Assembly (NCBI GenBank): GCA_021647765.1
Contig: JAKIUD010000005.1
Coordinates: 4,173 to 68,172 of the forward strand
DNA: 64,000 nt
Direction: 5' to 3'
Source: Desulfuromusa sp.
GTDB lineage: Bacteria; Desulfobacterota; Desulfuromonadia; Desulfuromonadales; Geopsychrobacteraceae
The position numbers were made by a program, and so were the translations under genes. Positions within the stretch are counted from its first letter, which is position 1. Each line of letters starts with the position of its first letter. Positions 21,724 to 31,108 of this stretch are shown here, piece after piece. The notes under the pieces were generated by a model. It was given only the letters and a program-made list of their open reading frames with translations. It searched no databases and was not told where the DNA came from.

Positions 21724-21904
21724 AATGGTAATCGTCCTGCCTTAGTTTTTCACGATCGATACTCTTCCCCTCGTCTGTTCTGAGGGAAGCACCCCCAGAA
21801 ACAAAAGTCCGATACTTGGATAATTGTTGGTATTTATATTTTTTTGCAGCACCGATAAGACCGACAGAATATAAAGGTTTTGAGCTATCAGAACTTATCA
21901 GATT

Positions 21905-23263
21905 TCAACCCTCCCGAATATCCCTCCTGTTTAACCGCCCTACCCCAAAATATTCAAACCCTTCACTACGAACATAATGGGGATCATACTGGTTGCGACC
22001 GTCAAAAATAATTTTGTGCTTCATAGCGCGCGTCATTGCGGCAAAATCAGGATTACGGAAAGGTTTCCATTCCGTGACCAGCAGCAAAGCATCAACCCCC
22101 TGCACCGCTTCGTACTGATTAGCAACTAATTTAATCGCCCCAGAGTCAAACCAGTCGGCAGGAAGTTCTTTTTGTGCCTCTTCCATCGCAATCGGGTCAT
22201 AAACGAATGCCTTGGCACCCGCGGCAATCAAATCTTCCAACAATGTTTTGGCCGGTGCCTCCCGCATATCATCGGTACCAGGTTTAAAAGACAATCCCCA
22301 AACTCCAAATATCAAACCAGACAAATCAGCACCAAAGCGTTGATTTAAATGGCGGGAAAACCAATGTTTTTGTTCCTGATTACGCTTCTCGACGGAGAGA
22401 AGAACCTCAGATTTAAAATCAACTTTTTCAGCCATCCGGATAAGAGCTTGAACATCTTTCGGAAAACAAGAACCACCATAACCGCAACCGGGATATATAA
22501 ACGAAAAACCAATCCGGTCATCAGAACCAATTCCACGCCGCACATTTTCAACATCGACATCCATCAATTCACAAAGATTTGAAATTTCATTAATAAATGA
22601 TATCTTGGTCGCTAACATCGAATTGGCAGCGTATTTGGTCATTTCGGCATCGCGCACACCCATAAAAATAGTTCGCTCATGGTTACGGTTAAATGGGGCA
22701 TACAGTTGCCGCATCAAATCTTTAGCTCGTTCACTTTCAGTCCCAATAACCACTCGATCTGGTTTCATGAAATCATCAATTGCCGCCCCCTCTTTTAAAA
22801 ATTCTGGATTACTGACAACATCAAAATCAATTGTGACTTTTCGCTTATCCAACTCCTCCTGAATCGCAAGACGAACCAGATCGGCCGTGCCAACTGGCAC
22901 TGTTGATTTATCTACAATAATGGCATAATCGGTCAGCAACCGACCAATCTCCCGAGCAACAGCCAGAACATACTGCAAATCGGCCGAACCATCCTCGCCT
23001 GGAGGAGTACCAACAGCGATAAAGAAGATATTTGATGTTTTTGCAGCTTCAGCCAGATTGGTGGTAAAATGGAGCCTCTCTTCAGAAAAATTGCGTTGTA
23101 CCAACGCCTCAAGACCAGGCTCATAAATTGGTAATTGCCCTAATTTGAGACCGTCAATTTTAGCTTGATCAATATCGATGCAGTTAACACTGTTTCCCAT
23201 TTCAGCAAAACAAGCACCACTGACCAAACCGACGTATCCTGTTCCAATAATTGTTAAATTCAT
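21905..23263 (-). CDS. ugd: UDP-glucose 6-dehydrogenase
   Basis: MNLTIIGTGYVGLVSGACFA...GGSCFPKD catalytic Cys motif. Confidence 0.94.
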   Translation of the reverse strand: MNLTIIGTGYVGLVSGACFAEMGNSVNCIDIDQAKIDGLKLGQLPIYEPGLEALVQRNFSEERLHFTTNLAEAAKTSNIFFIAVGTPPGEDGSADLQYVLAVAREIGRLLTDYAIIVDKSTVPVGTADLVRLAIQEELDKRKVTIDFDVVSNPEFLKEGAAIDDFMKPDRVVIGTESERAKDLMRQLYAPFNRNHERTIFMGVRDAEMTKYAANSMLATKISFINEISNLCELMDVDVENVRRGIGSDDRIGFSFIYPGCGYGGSCFPKDVQALIRMAEKVDFKSEVLLSVEKRNQEQKHWFSRHLNQRFGADLSGLIFGVWGLSFKPGTDDMREAPAKTLLEDLIAAGAKAFVYDPIAMEEAQKELPADWFDSGAIKLVANQYEAVQGVDALLLVTEWKPFRNPDFAAMTRAMKHKIIFDGRNQYDPHYVRSEGFEYFGVGRLNRRDIREG

Positions 23264-23450
23264 CGTAACTCCCCTAAAATAATTCGCTGATAAGCAACAA
23301 AATCTTTTAAATTAAGACCAACAATCTTTCTCCGGGTTAAACCATTTTATTTTATTCTGGTCTTCTCCGCAATCGCCACATGCCCTGCGTGAGGCAGATT
23401 TTGATTTCGATCCTAAATCCGCTTTTATCAGATTTTCATCCAGTCCAATA

Positions 23451-23494
23451 AGCCTTTGACAGGATCAACAGGATAAATTGGATATTAGAAACTA
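23451..23494 (-). promoter_or_regulatory. conserved ~45-bp box (copy 1), upstream of ugd
   Basis: About 82% identical by hand alignment to 24518-24563. On the minus strand it contains the tandem ATCCTGT-NN-ATCCTGTCAAAGGC. Confidence 0.45.
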
Positions 23495-23502
23495 AAAACC
23501 AA

Positions 23503-24486
23503 TCATCCACGTCCATAGGTGTGACTCTTTTTCTGCCAATTCCAAGCCGTCTCAATAATTGATTCAATAGTTATATATAGAGGCTGCCAACCCAGCTCTT
23601 GCCTTGCTAAGGCACTGTCAGCAACCAAAGTTGGTGGATCACCAGAACGTCTTCCTTCAACATCGTAGGGAATTTTATTGCCGACCACTTTTATAGCCGC
23701 TTGCAAAATCTCCATAATTGAAAATCCCTGACCATTACCAAGATTGAATCCATAAGCCCCAGCATGAGAATCAAGATACTTCAAGGCAAGTAGATGGGCG
23801 CTACAGAGATCATTAATATGAATGTAATCCCTGACACAAGTTCCATCAGGAGTTGGATAATCGGCTCCGAAAACTTTCAGACGTTTTTCTCCAGAAACTG
23901 ATTTCAAAATATTGGGAATCAAGTGAGTTTCAGGATCATGTGCCTCACCGATTTCACCAGCAGGATCAGCACCCGCCGCATTGAAATAGCGTAAAGAGAC
24001 TGAATTCACCCCATATGCTGAAGCATAATCCTGCAAGATCTGTTCGATCATCAGCTTAGTCCAGCCATAAGGATTAATCGGCTGTTGCGGGTGATTTTCG
24101 TCAATTCGGTCTGTGAATGGATGTCCAAAAGTCGCTGCAGTTGAAGAAAAAATTAAATCTTTTACTTCTGCTTGTTGCATAGCCGCCAATAAATTCAACG
24201 TACCGATCACATTATTCTGGTAGTAAAGTGCAGGATTCTCAACCGATTCGCCAACCAGTGAACGTGCAGAAAAATGCATAACCGCGTTAAAAGAGTTCCG
24301 CTCAAAAACGTCAGACAGCTCCCTCTTGTTCAGCAAATCACCTTCATACAGTTTTCCCCATTTGACAGCCCAACGATTTCCAGTCGAAAAATTATCAAAT
24401 ACTGTAACCTGATGACCTTGTTCACTAAGCATTTTTACCATGTGTGAACCAATATATCCAGCACCACCACAAACCAATATATTCAT
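23503..24486 (-). CDS. galE: UDP-glucose 4-epimerase
   Basis: MNILVCGGAGYIGSH...YxxxK. I moved the start to M40 of the track ORF (GAGGA 5 nt upstream); the upstream 39 codons run through the repeat box. Confidence 0.93.
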   Translation of the reverse strand: MNILVCGGAGYIGSHMVKMLSEQGHQVTVFDNFSTGNRWAVKWGKLYEGDLLNKRELSDVFERNSFNAVMHFSARSLVGESVENPALYYQNNVIGTLNLLAAMQQAEVKDLIFSSTAATFGHPFTDRIDENHPQQPINPYGWTKLMIEQILQDYASAYGVNSVSLRYFNAAGADPAGEIGEAHDPETHLIPNILKSVSGEKRLKVFGADYPTPDGTCVRDYIHINDLCSAHLLALKYLDSHAGAYGFNLGNGQGFSIMEILQAAIKVVGNKIPYDVEGRRSGDPPTLVADSALARQELGWQPLYITIESIIETAWNWQKKSHTYGRG

Positions 24487-24517
24487 AACATTCCTCAAGA
24501 AGAACGACTTCAACAAT

Positions 24518-24563
24518 AGGCCTTTGACAGGATTTACAGGATAGAATCTGATGTTAGAACCTA
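24518..24563 (-). promoter_or_regulatory. conserved ~45-bp box (copy 2), 32-77 nt upstream of the galE ATG
   Basis: Minus strand TAGGTTCTAACATCAGATTCTATCCTGTAAATCCTGTCAAAGGCCT, followed by TATTGT (a possible -10). Confidence 0.45.
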
Positions 24564-24740
24564 GCCAAAAAACAGCCCTTGATCTCTTGTTTTGATTTAT
24601 CAATCAGACCTTATCAGCTGCAAGATCAGGATTTCTGAATGGCGTCCACTCAGTCGCCAGTAACAAGGCATCTACATTTTGCAAAGCTTCGTATTGGTTC
24701 GAGACAAGCTAAATTCATTCCGACACTCCTCAAACGCGAA

Positions 24741-24775
24741 CAAAAATGGCAGGAAAGGACATCCTTTCCTGCCAT
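24741..24775 (-). terminator. rho-independent terminator of comEA
   Basis: Perfect 13-bp stem ATGGCAGGAAAGG-ACAT-CCTTTCCTGCCAT followed on the minus strand by TTTTTG; 26 nt after the comEA stop. Confidence 0.8.
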
Positions 24776-24800
24776 TACCTGTGAAAAAGACCTGAGTCAC

Positions 24801-25097
24801 TTATTTCGTTTTTTTCGACTTTTTGGATGTTACGGTAATTTGATTGCGAATCTTTGACAACGTTTTATCACCGATCCCTTTGACGTTTGCCAATTCGTCC
24901 ACCGAAGAGAATTTGTGCTTTTTTCGGTATTCAACAATCTTTTCAGCCGTTTTAGACCCGATTCCCTTAAGTTCAACCAGCTGTGCAGCTGTCGCGGTAT
25001 TGATATTAATTTTCCCGGCAGCAAATGACGGTTGATAAGCGAAAACCATTGCGACAACCAGAAGACTACATAAAAGAAACTTTTTGATATTCTTCAT
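24801..25097 (-). CDS. comEA: ComEA family helix-hairpin-helix DNA-binding protein
   Basis: Signal peptide followed by ININTATAAQLVELKGIGSKTAEKIVEYR...ELANVKGIGDKTL (two HhH motifs). Confidence 0.88.
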   Translation of the reverse strand: MKNIKKFLLCSLLVVAMVFAYQPSFAAGKININTATAAQLVELKGIGSKTAEKIVEYRKKHKFSSVDELANVKGIGDKTLSKIRNQITVTSKKSKKTK

Positions 25098-25311
25098 TAA
25101 ACCTCCTCCTATCTTCTACTTTTATGTTTAAACATACAGAGTGGATTACCTGAGATAGGCCCCCTCCACAGGACGTTCAAGATGAACGCTTTCAAATAGT
25201 ATACATCGAGTACAAGAATGTCAAATTAAAAAATGAGATTACGGTAGATAGAGAGCCAAAACTCTATGGTACTGAGATTTGTACCTTGACAACAACGTAG
25301 GCTGTCTGAGA

Positions 25312-25647
25312 ATGAATGTTCGGCTGCAAACCCAGCTGTTTGTCTCATATATCAGCTCCTTTTCAGCCCATAGCTATGGCTATGAGCTCTCAAACGAGCC
25401 AAAATCAGATCTCAAACTCCTGGCAATACGAATTCAAGATAAAATCCTTGAAGAACTCAATGAACACTCCAGAAATTTGCACATCCCCAGATCCGAATAT
25501 ATACGTCAAGCGGTGATCGTCATGAATAAACAGGTCGATAGGGAATTACGAAGAAAACGAATTATGGAAGCATCCAGACGAATTCGTGCAGAGAGCATGC
25601 GAGTTAATGCCGAGTTTGATTCGATCGAGGACGCACCGAATGTATAA
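25312..25647 (+). CDS. ribbon-helix-helix (CopG/Arc-MetJ) antitoxin-like protein; start uncertain
   Basis: KLLAIRIQDKILEELNEHSRNLHIPRSEYIRQAVIVM is an RHH beta-alpha-alpha core with a charged C-terminal tail. The N-terminal ~35 codons are unusual, so the true start may be non-canonical. Confidence 0.6.
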   Translation: MNVRLQTQLFVSYISSFSAHSYGYELSNEPKSDLKLLAIRIQDKILEELNEHSRNLHIPRSEYIRQAVIVMNKQVDRELRRKRIMEASRRIRAESMRVNAEFDSIEDAPNV

Positions 25648-25656
25648 ACGTGGAGA

Positions 25657-25674
25657 GGATATTTCGCCTGTCCC
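25657..25674. repeat. 18-bp perfect direct repeat, copy 1 (GGATATTTCGCCTGTCCC)
   Basis: Identical 18-mer at 26563-26580; imperfect similarity continues about 14 bp further to the right in both copies. Confidence 0.9.
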
Positions 25675-25803
25675 CTTCTTCCTCCTCTCGTTAGTGGATT
25701 GGTCTTCACCAACAAGAAGAACTGAAATAACCCACTTTTTCAACCCTCAAATTCTTGCGCAACTGGGTGAAAAAATGAATTTACAGAAGAGAAGTTACAC
25801 TAC

Positions 25804-25831
25804 CAAAAAAAGGGCGCCAACAATGGCGCCC
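25804..25831 (-). terminator. rho-independent terminator closing the pilus operon transcript
   Basis: Minus strand GGGCGCC-ATTGTT-GGCGCCC followed by TTTTTTTT; 36 nt after the stop of the pilY1 remnant. I saw no comparable hairpin between the pilY1 stop and the remnant. Confidence 0.75.
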
Positions 25832-25866
25832 AGGTTCTATAATGGCAATGAATCTAAAGATATTTT

Positions 25867-26580
25867 TTACTGTAGTTTCCAAGATTGCAGTCCTGACTTC
25901 GTACTCAATGGATTTTCCTCTTCTATGCGTGTTATTTCGCCAGTGCTGGACTGGACAAAAACGGTTGAACCTTTTTTACGTCCAACATGGACATTTGGAG
26001 AAGTTGCCAACCCTAGCCCCAATGACAGTTTTTTAAGAGATCGTTCTTTTTCTACACCAGCAACAATTTCTAATTCAGTTCCAAAAACAGCACGATAATA
26101 AGCTGTTCCCGACTTATAATACAGACCCCACAAGTCACTGGTGCCACCAGCAGAGCAAATATCAGCAGTCGGAGTAAAAGTCGTAAACGACAGGAGTCCT
26201 CCAATCAGAGCTGCCTGCCCTAAGTTCCTCTCGCCCAGCGAAAAATCAAGATACCAACCATCCGCTGCCGATTGAGTGTTAATCATATCTGCCCATGTGG
26301 TATCTGTCGATCCTGACACTGTTCGATCTGTGTAAACCTCAAAATCGGTAACATCAATTAAATCGGTGCCGAGTAAAGTCGCCCAAGTCTTATTATTGGA
26401 GATATCAAGAGGTTCTTTGATTCCATAATAACTCTGCTGACTCGTATCCACTTTATCACTTGAAGTGTAGTAACGCCCCGTCCCAAAGAAAACCCAGTTT
26501 TTTCCATCATCATCCTGTGCTATTGCAGGTGCTGCTGAAATCGGTTGACCAATATTCAGTATGGATATTTCGCCTGTCCC
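25867..26580 (-). pseudogene. 5'-truncated pilY1 paralogue (C-terminal ~235 codons), no usable start codon
   Basis: The track ORF 25867-26451 aligns to the PilY1 C-terminus (QQSYYGIKEP / LATSP / SSTGEI). My translation upstream of its GTG stays open and homologous: GQPISAAPAIAQDDDGKNWVFFGTGRYYTSSDK versus GQPITAAPTAGLDKQGNRWLYVGTGRYLTAADI. There is no ATG, GTG or TTG back to the in-frame stop at 26608-26610. Confidence 0.75.
26563..26580. repeat. 18-bp perfect direct repeat, copy 2 (GGATATTTCGCCTGTCCC)
   Basis: Coincides with the point where homology of the remnant to pilY1 begins. Confidence 0.9.
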
Positions 26581-26670
26581 TTTTTTTCGCCTTCCTTTAT
26601 AATATTTTTATCAATAGTCTTAACTGCAAAAACCTAACGGACACTACTGACAAATACACGAGAAATAAAT

Positions 26671-29600
26671 TTACTCAGCTTGCCATGAAGACATTCCACT
26701 CTTGGTTCGTCCAGGAGTCTTTTCTTCAAAAGTCTTAATTTCACCGGTACTGGACTGGATAAAGGCTTTGGCTCCTGATTCACGGCCAGTATGCAAACCC
26801 GGACTTGTCGCTAATCCATCACCAATCAACTGACGCTTTAGGATCTTTTCTTTTCCAGAAACATTATCAGATCCAGTTGTCACATCGGTAGAATCAGTTC
26901 CAATAACCGGATTTTTATAAGCGGTACCTGTTTCGTAGTCCAGCACATAGACCCAACTCTCTCCTCCAGATTCACAAGGATCCGCACTCGGGATAAAACT
27001 TGTAAATGTTAATATTTTCCCTAACAAAGTAGCTTGACCGATATTTCTTTCTTTTGCGTCCGGAAAATCCATAAACCAACCCTTTTTAGCCCTGACTGTC
27101 GTTTGCAAAAGAGTGTAATTTGCCCCAGAGGCAATCCCCGCAACATCACTCCCACCGTCATAAACCTTGACAGCAGTACTATCAAACAGATCTGTTGTAT
27201 TTCTATTCAGAGTTGTATATAGAAACCCACTTGTATCTCGCGGCTCCTTCAAGCCGTAATAACTCTGCTGATCAGTATTGGCAATATCAGCTGCAGTCAA
27301 GTAGCGTCCTGTTCCCACATAGAGCCAGCGGTTCCCCTGTTTGTCCAAACCAGCTGTAGGAGCGGCGGTAATTGGCTGCCCCGTGGTCTCACCCGAGACT
27401 GAACCGGGGGACAAATTGATAAAGGTATTATCAAGGCTCCAAGTTGAAATTATCGGGTTGTCATCCACAACAATACGACGCAATTTCCCGCCCCAACCGG
27501 TGATTTCATCGCCAGTTACTGTGCCAAAATAAACAGCATCATTTTTAAAATCGATATCCCAATCAACACCGATAGCATCTGAAATAAAGCTATCACCGTC
27601 TAGAGTAACCAAAGCTTCTGGCTCAAATGCTGGAGTTGCAAGATCATCCTTCACACAGCTCCCTGTAGCATTCATAAAACAGACTTCTTTTGTGCCTGAA
27701 GCTAATTTATTCAGATTCAACAGAAAGATCTTGCCATCCTGATCACTGGCAGCTTCATCCAGTGCAGTTGTATCCGGTTCACCTGCTGCATTAGCAGGAC
27801 CGGAACCAAAGAGAAGATACCAGTCATTGTTCGTCGGAGGCGAAGCAAGATTGCTCCAGCCGCTGTCTCTTAAAGTCACAACCGTCGGATAGTTCGTCGT
27901 ATATCCCAATCCAGGGAGAGTGAATTCAGCTAACAACTTAGGCGCAACCTCAGGATTAGTAATATCAAAGACAAAATAGGCTGATGTCATTGCCTTATCA
28001 TCTACCGCATCAAGAGTTCCATCATGATTCTTATCAATATTAATCTTACCGCCACCAAATCTCATCCCCCCGATCAGAACAGTTCCCCAACCACCAGGGT
28101 GATCAGCATCATTGGCAAAGATATTTGCATCAAAAACCTTAGGCTTTAAATCGTTGTAGTAAACGTGTTTATAGTCAGATTTTGTCAACCAATACAGGTG
28201 AGGAAGCAAATTTTGAGGAATATAGGCCCACATTTCGGCACCAAGGTCAAAATTGATCTTACTGGTATCATCTATGTAGGTACTCGTCGCACTATCCCAA
28301 ACTTTTGGACGCTGCAAATATGCCCTATGTATCTTATCATAAAATCCGGCATTAAATGCGTGGAACATGCCATCGTTACCACCAACATAAACAACATTAC
28401 GGCGGTTTTTATATTTGGAGAAATAACTGGAAAAAGTCCGGTCATAATAAAGCAAGTCAAAATTTTCTGCCGGGCGGCCAACAACCGTCGGGGTTGAATT
28501 AACAATATCTCCCATTCTCCAGGTTTTATCAGCGCCAGAAACATTATCCTGGTAATATCGACTGCGCATCGCTGGGATCACCGACCCCTTCGCTCCAAAT
28601 GCAAATTCAGCTTGATCTTGACCACGAACCCACGCAATTTCACGTTCTGGTTGTAGAGCGACAAAAGTATCAAAATCTACGTGATCGGCAGCATCAGATA
28701 CAATTCCAGGTGGGGGCGAGGCAGCAGAGTAAGCGAATGGGTCAAAAACGTGCAAATAAGGTGCAATAGTGGCAACATTCGCTGGAGAGAAATCAATGAT
28801 TTCACCAGATTCTGCCAACATGTCACCATCATCAATAAAAGTAAAAATATGTCGCTGTTTAGCTAAATTTGTATAACTTCTCGGAGTCAACGGGTCTAGT
28901 GCATCGCCACCGGTGTCAGGGTTGAGCCAATCAGACGAAGACCAGAGGTATTTGATGGAATCAAAAAAGCCAGTTTCCTCCGGCCCTTCTGCAAGTTCAT
29001 TATGGTCAAATATCCCGTTTGCCCCAACATCAAGATACTTCTCTACAGTGTCACCATTATAAACAATGAACATATCCGTAGCCAGGTCAAGAACACCATC
29101 CTGTACCGTATCTTCTCGCATATTGCCATGGTCATCGATAAACAAGGCATGAAGTTGACCAACCCAGTTTACGGTATTGTGGTTATTGTCCGTTCTTTCA
29201 GGGTAGAAAACTGACTGATAAATGGCTCCTTCACCGCTACGGGTATTGGAAATAACAGAAGCGGAGGTACCAGAAGAAACCTTCGTAGAAATTTGGATAA
29301 AGACTTCTTGCAGTTTGGCTGCCAACTCTGCAGCATTATTAGCCAACAGGGCATGTCCATCGATAGCAGTTCCACCAGCAACCGCCAAGGTGTCAAGCTT
29401 ATCACCAAACGCTTCTGGAATTGCAAAACCAATGACATAGGTCTGGATATCAAAATCATCAGTAAAGCCAGTGACAGAAGTGGAGCGTAAAGCAGTTATC
29501 TCAGCTTCCAATTCGGCAATGAGATCATCGGTATCGCCAATGTTGCCATCTTTATCTGTACTGGGTAAGCCATCAGTCACCAGAACCACAAAATTCTGCT

Positions 29601-30684
29601 GGCACCTCAGCTGTACCGGAGTCGTTAGAGAAACCCCAGCAGCTGCTTCTGCTGCAGGTAAATTCCCCTCGAAATATTTACGTGCAGACTCAATTGTACC
29701 TGACAACGGGGTTAATCCTGCATTTCGCAACGGAATATCTGTCGCAGTAGCAAACTGGGAAGTTGCCAAGAGGTTTGTCAAATCTGTTATATGTGTAGTG
29801 CTAGAATCTTCTATCGCTGAATGCAACATACCAGATCCGGGACTTGAGTTGGAAAACCAAGTATCACCAACATGAACCCAAGACATCTCCAAGCCAAACT
29901 CATGATAACCAGCAGCAATATCGCTATCAGTTGGATAGAACAAACTAGTAAACCAGTAATTACTATAACCATAAGTCCCCTCCAATTCAGCTATAGTTGC
30001 ACCCATGGGGGTAGCCAATACGCCTGTTTTTGTCCTATAACACCTATACGTATGGCAAGATCCTTGATTAGCTTCAGTACAAGTCCCAGGATCATCATAA
30101 GTAAAATCAGAGGAGTAGCAATACGCGGTTCCCAGATTGTTAGTTGAATACATGGGAAGTGCAGTATCGTAATATACATAATTCCCTGGATCAACCGGGT
30201 TAGGATGCCGCTTCGCATTTGTCGTAGGATCTTTGGGGGTTGGCGTAGCAGCAGGATCATAGTGGGCAGGATCATAGTCACAATAATAGGGAGAATTATG
30301 AATTTGATATCGCACAATGCCTGCCTGTTTATAAGCCATCAATCCAAAACGCATGGTATTTTTATTGAGGTCAATTATTCCAGCAATAGCATTTCGCGCT
30401 ATCTCTGATTTACTGTTAATTGCGTCACTACCAACAGCTGCTCCATCTACATCCTCATCCATACTGTTTGAATTATCTAGAACAAACAAAACATTAGGCT
30501 TAACATAGGTCGATATAAAGGGAGGCGTAGAGTCAAAATCTGTGTTGTAGTAAGCAGCCAAGCCGGGTGAAGAAGCAAAAGGGATCACCACGAACAAAAC
30601 GGCCATCACAACAGAAAAAAACGGGCGCATTGATTTTAAAAACCGAGAATGATCTACTTTGGTTATTTTTGCATTAAGTTTCAT
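26671..30684 (-). CDS. pilY1: type IV pilus tip-associated adhesin PilY1 with N-terminal vWA domain
   Basis: 1337 aa with a signal peptide, a MIDAS-like motif VLFVLDNSNSMDED, a C-terminal PilY1 propeller region, and an EF-hand-like loop DKNHDGTLD. It is the last gene of the minor-pilin operon. Confidence 0.88.
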   Translation of the reverse strand: MKLNAKITKVDHSRFLKSMRPFFSVVMAVLFVVIPFASSPGLAAYYNTDFDSTPPFISTYVKPNVLFVLDNSNSMDEDVDGAAVGSDAINSKSEIARNAIAGIIDLNKNTMRFGLMAYKQAGIVRYQIHNSPYYCDYDPAHYDPAATPTPKDPTTNAKRHPNPVDPGNYVYYDTALPMYSTNNLGTAYCYSSDFTYDDPGTCTEANQGSCHTYRCYRTKTGVLATPMGATIAELEGTYGYSNYWFTSLFYPTDSDIAAGYHEFGLEMSWVHVGDTWFSNSSPGSGMLHSAIEDSSTTHITDLTNLLATSQFATATDIPLRNAGLTPLSGTIESARKYFEGNLPAAEAAAGVSLTTPVQLRCQQNFVVLVTDGLPSTDKDGNIGDTDDLIAELEAEITALRSTSVTGFTDDFDIQTYVIGFAIPEAFGDKLDTLAVAGGTAIDGHALLANNAAELAAKLQEVFIQISTKVSSGTSASVISNTRSGEGAIYQSVFYPERTDNNHNTVNWVGQLHALFIDDHGNMREDTVQDGVLDLATDMFIVYNGDTVEKYLDVGANGIFDHNELAEGPEETGFFDSIKYLWSSSDWLNPDTGGDALDPLTPRSYTNLAKQRHIFTFIDDGDMLAESGEIIDFSPANVATIAPYLHVFDPFAYSAASPPPGIVSDAADHVDFDTFVALQPEREIAWVRGQDQAEFAFGAKGSVIPAMRSRYYQDNVSGADKTWRMGDIVNSTPTVVGRPAENFDLLYYDRTFSSYFSKYKNRRNVVYVGGNDGMFHAFNAGFYDKIHRAYLQRPKVWDSATSTYIDDTSKINFDLGAEMWAYIPQNLLPHLYWLTKSDYKHVYYNDLKPKVFDANIFANDADHPGGWGTVLIGGMRFGGGKINIDKNHDGTLDAVDDKAMTSAYFVFDITNPEVAPKLLAEFTLPGLGYTTNYPTVVTLRDSGWSNLASPPTNNDWYLLFGSGPANAAGEPDTTALDEAASDQDGKIFLLNLNKLASGTKEVCFMNATGSCVKDDLATPAFEPEALVTLDGDSFISDAIGVDWDIDFKNDAVYFGTVTGDEITGWGGKLRRIVVDDNPIISTWSLDNTFINLSPGSVSGETTGQPITAAPTAGLDKQGNRWLYVGTGRYLTAADIANTDQQSYYGLKEPRDTSGFLYTTLNRNTTDLFDSTAVKVYDGGSDVAGIASGANYTLLQTTVRAKKGWFMDFPDAKERNIGQATLLGKILTFTSFIPSADPCESGGESWVYVLDYETGTAYKNPVIGTDSTDVTTGSDNVSGKEKILKRQLIGDGLATSPGLHTGRESGAKAFIQSSTGEIKTFEEKTPGRTKSGMSSWQAE

Positions 30685-30717
30685 CTAGTTTGTCCCCGCT
30701 GATCAATTTTTTAAAAA

Positions 30718-31074
30718 TCACTGAGTATTTGATAGAATAGTGATGGTTTTCATTTGTCTTCCAACTTTGTCAACGTGAACAATAGGTGGTGGATTTTTCT
30801 GCAGCGCTACGTCCTCTTTTCCCAACCCGGAGTGATTTATAACTGTTATATCAGTGCTCAAATAAAAAGTTCCATTAGTGGTCACCATTTTATTATCTTG
30901 CCAACTAAGTAAGTATACGACTGTATTTTTTCTAGCTTTTACGTTTGTCGCAGAGGCCTGTACATTCACAGAAGATTCCACTGTCATGGCGAAAGTATCG
31001 ACACCGAACATAACGACAAAACCAATCAATAAAACAATGAAATATCTTTTTTTCAATCTATTCAATCTATTCAT
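30718..31074 (-). CDS. hypothetical signal-anchored protein between pilX and pilY1
   Basis: 118 aa with one N-terminal hydrophobic helix, no family recognised; tightly packed in the operon. Confidence 0.55.
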   Translation of the reverse strand: MNRLNRLKKRYFIVLLIGFVVMFGVDTFAMTVESSVNVQASATNVKARKNTVVYLLSWQDNKMVTTNGTFYLSTDITVINHSGLGKEDVALQKNPPPIVHVDKVGRQMKTITILSNTQ

Positions 31075-31108
31075 AGGTCATTCTCCTTAATACGGTCTAA
31101 ACTGGTTG

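Noticed and set aside
24639-24857. 72-aa plus-strand ORF between galE and comEA
   Set aside because: It spans the comEA terminator hairpin and runs antisense into the comEA 3' end. It has no SD.
25586-26098. 170-aa plus-strand ORF downstream of the RHH gene
   Set aside because: Beyond its first ~11 codons (the possible MazF remnant) it has no toxin similarity. From 25867 onward it is antisense to the pilY1 remnant and crosses the minus-strand terminator.
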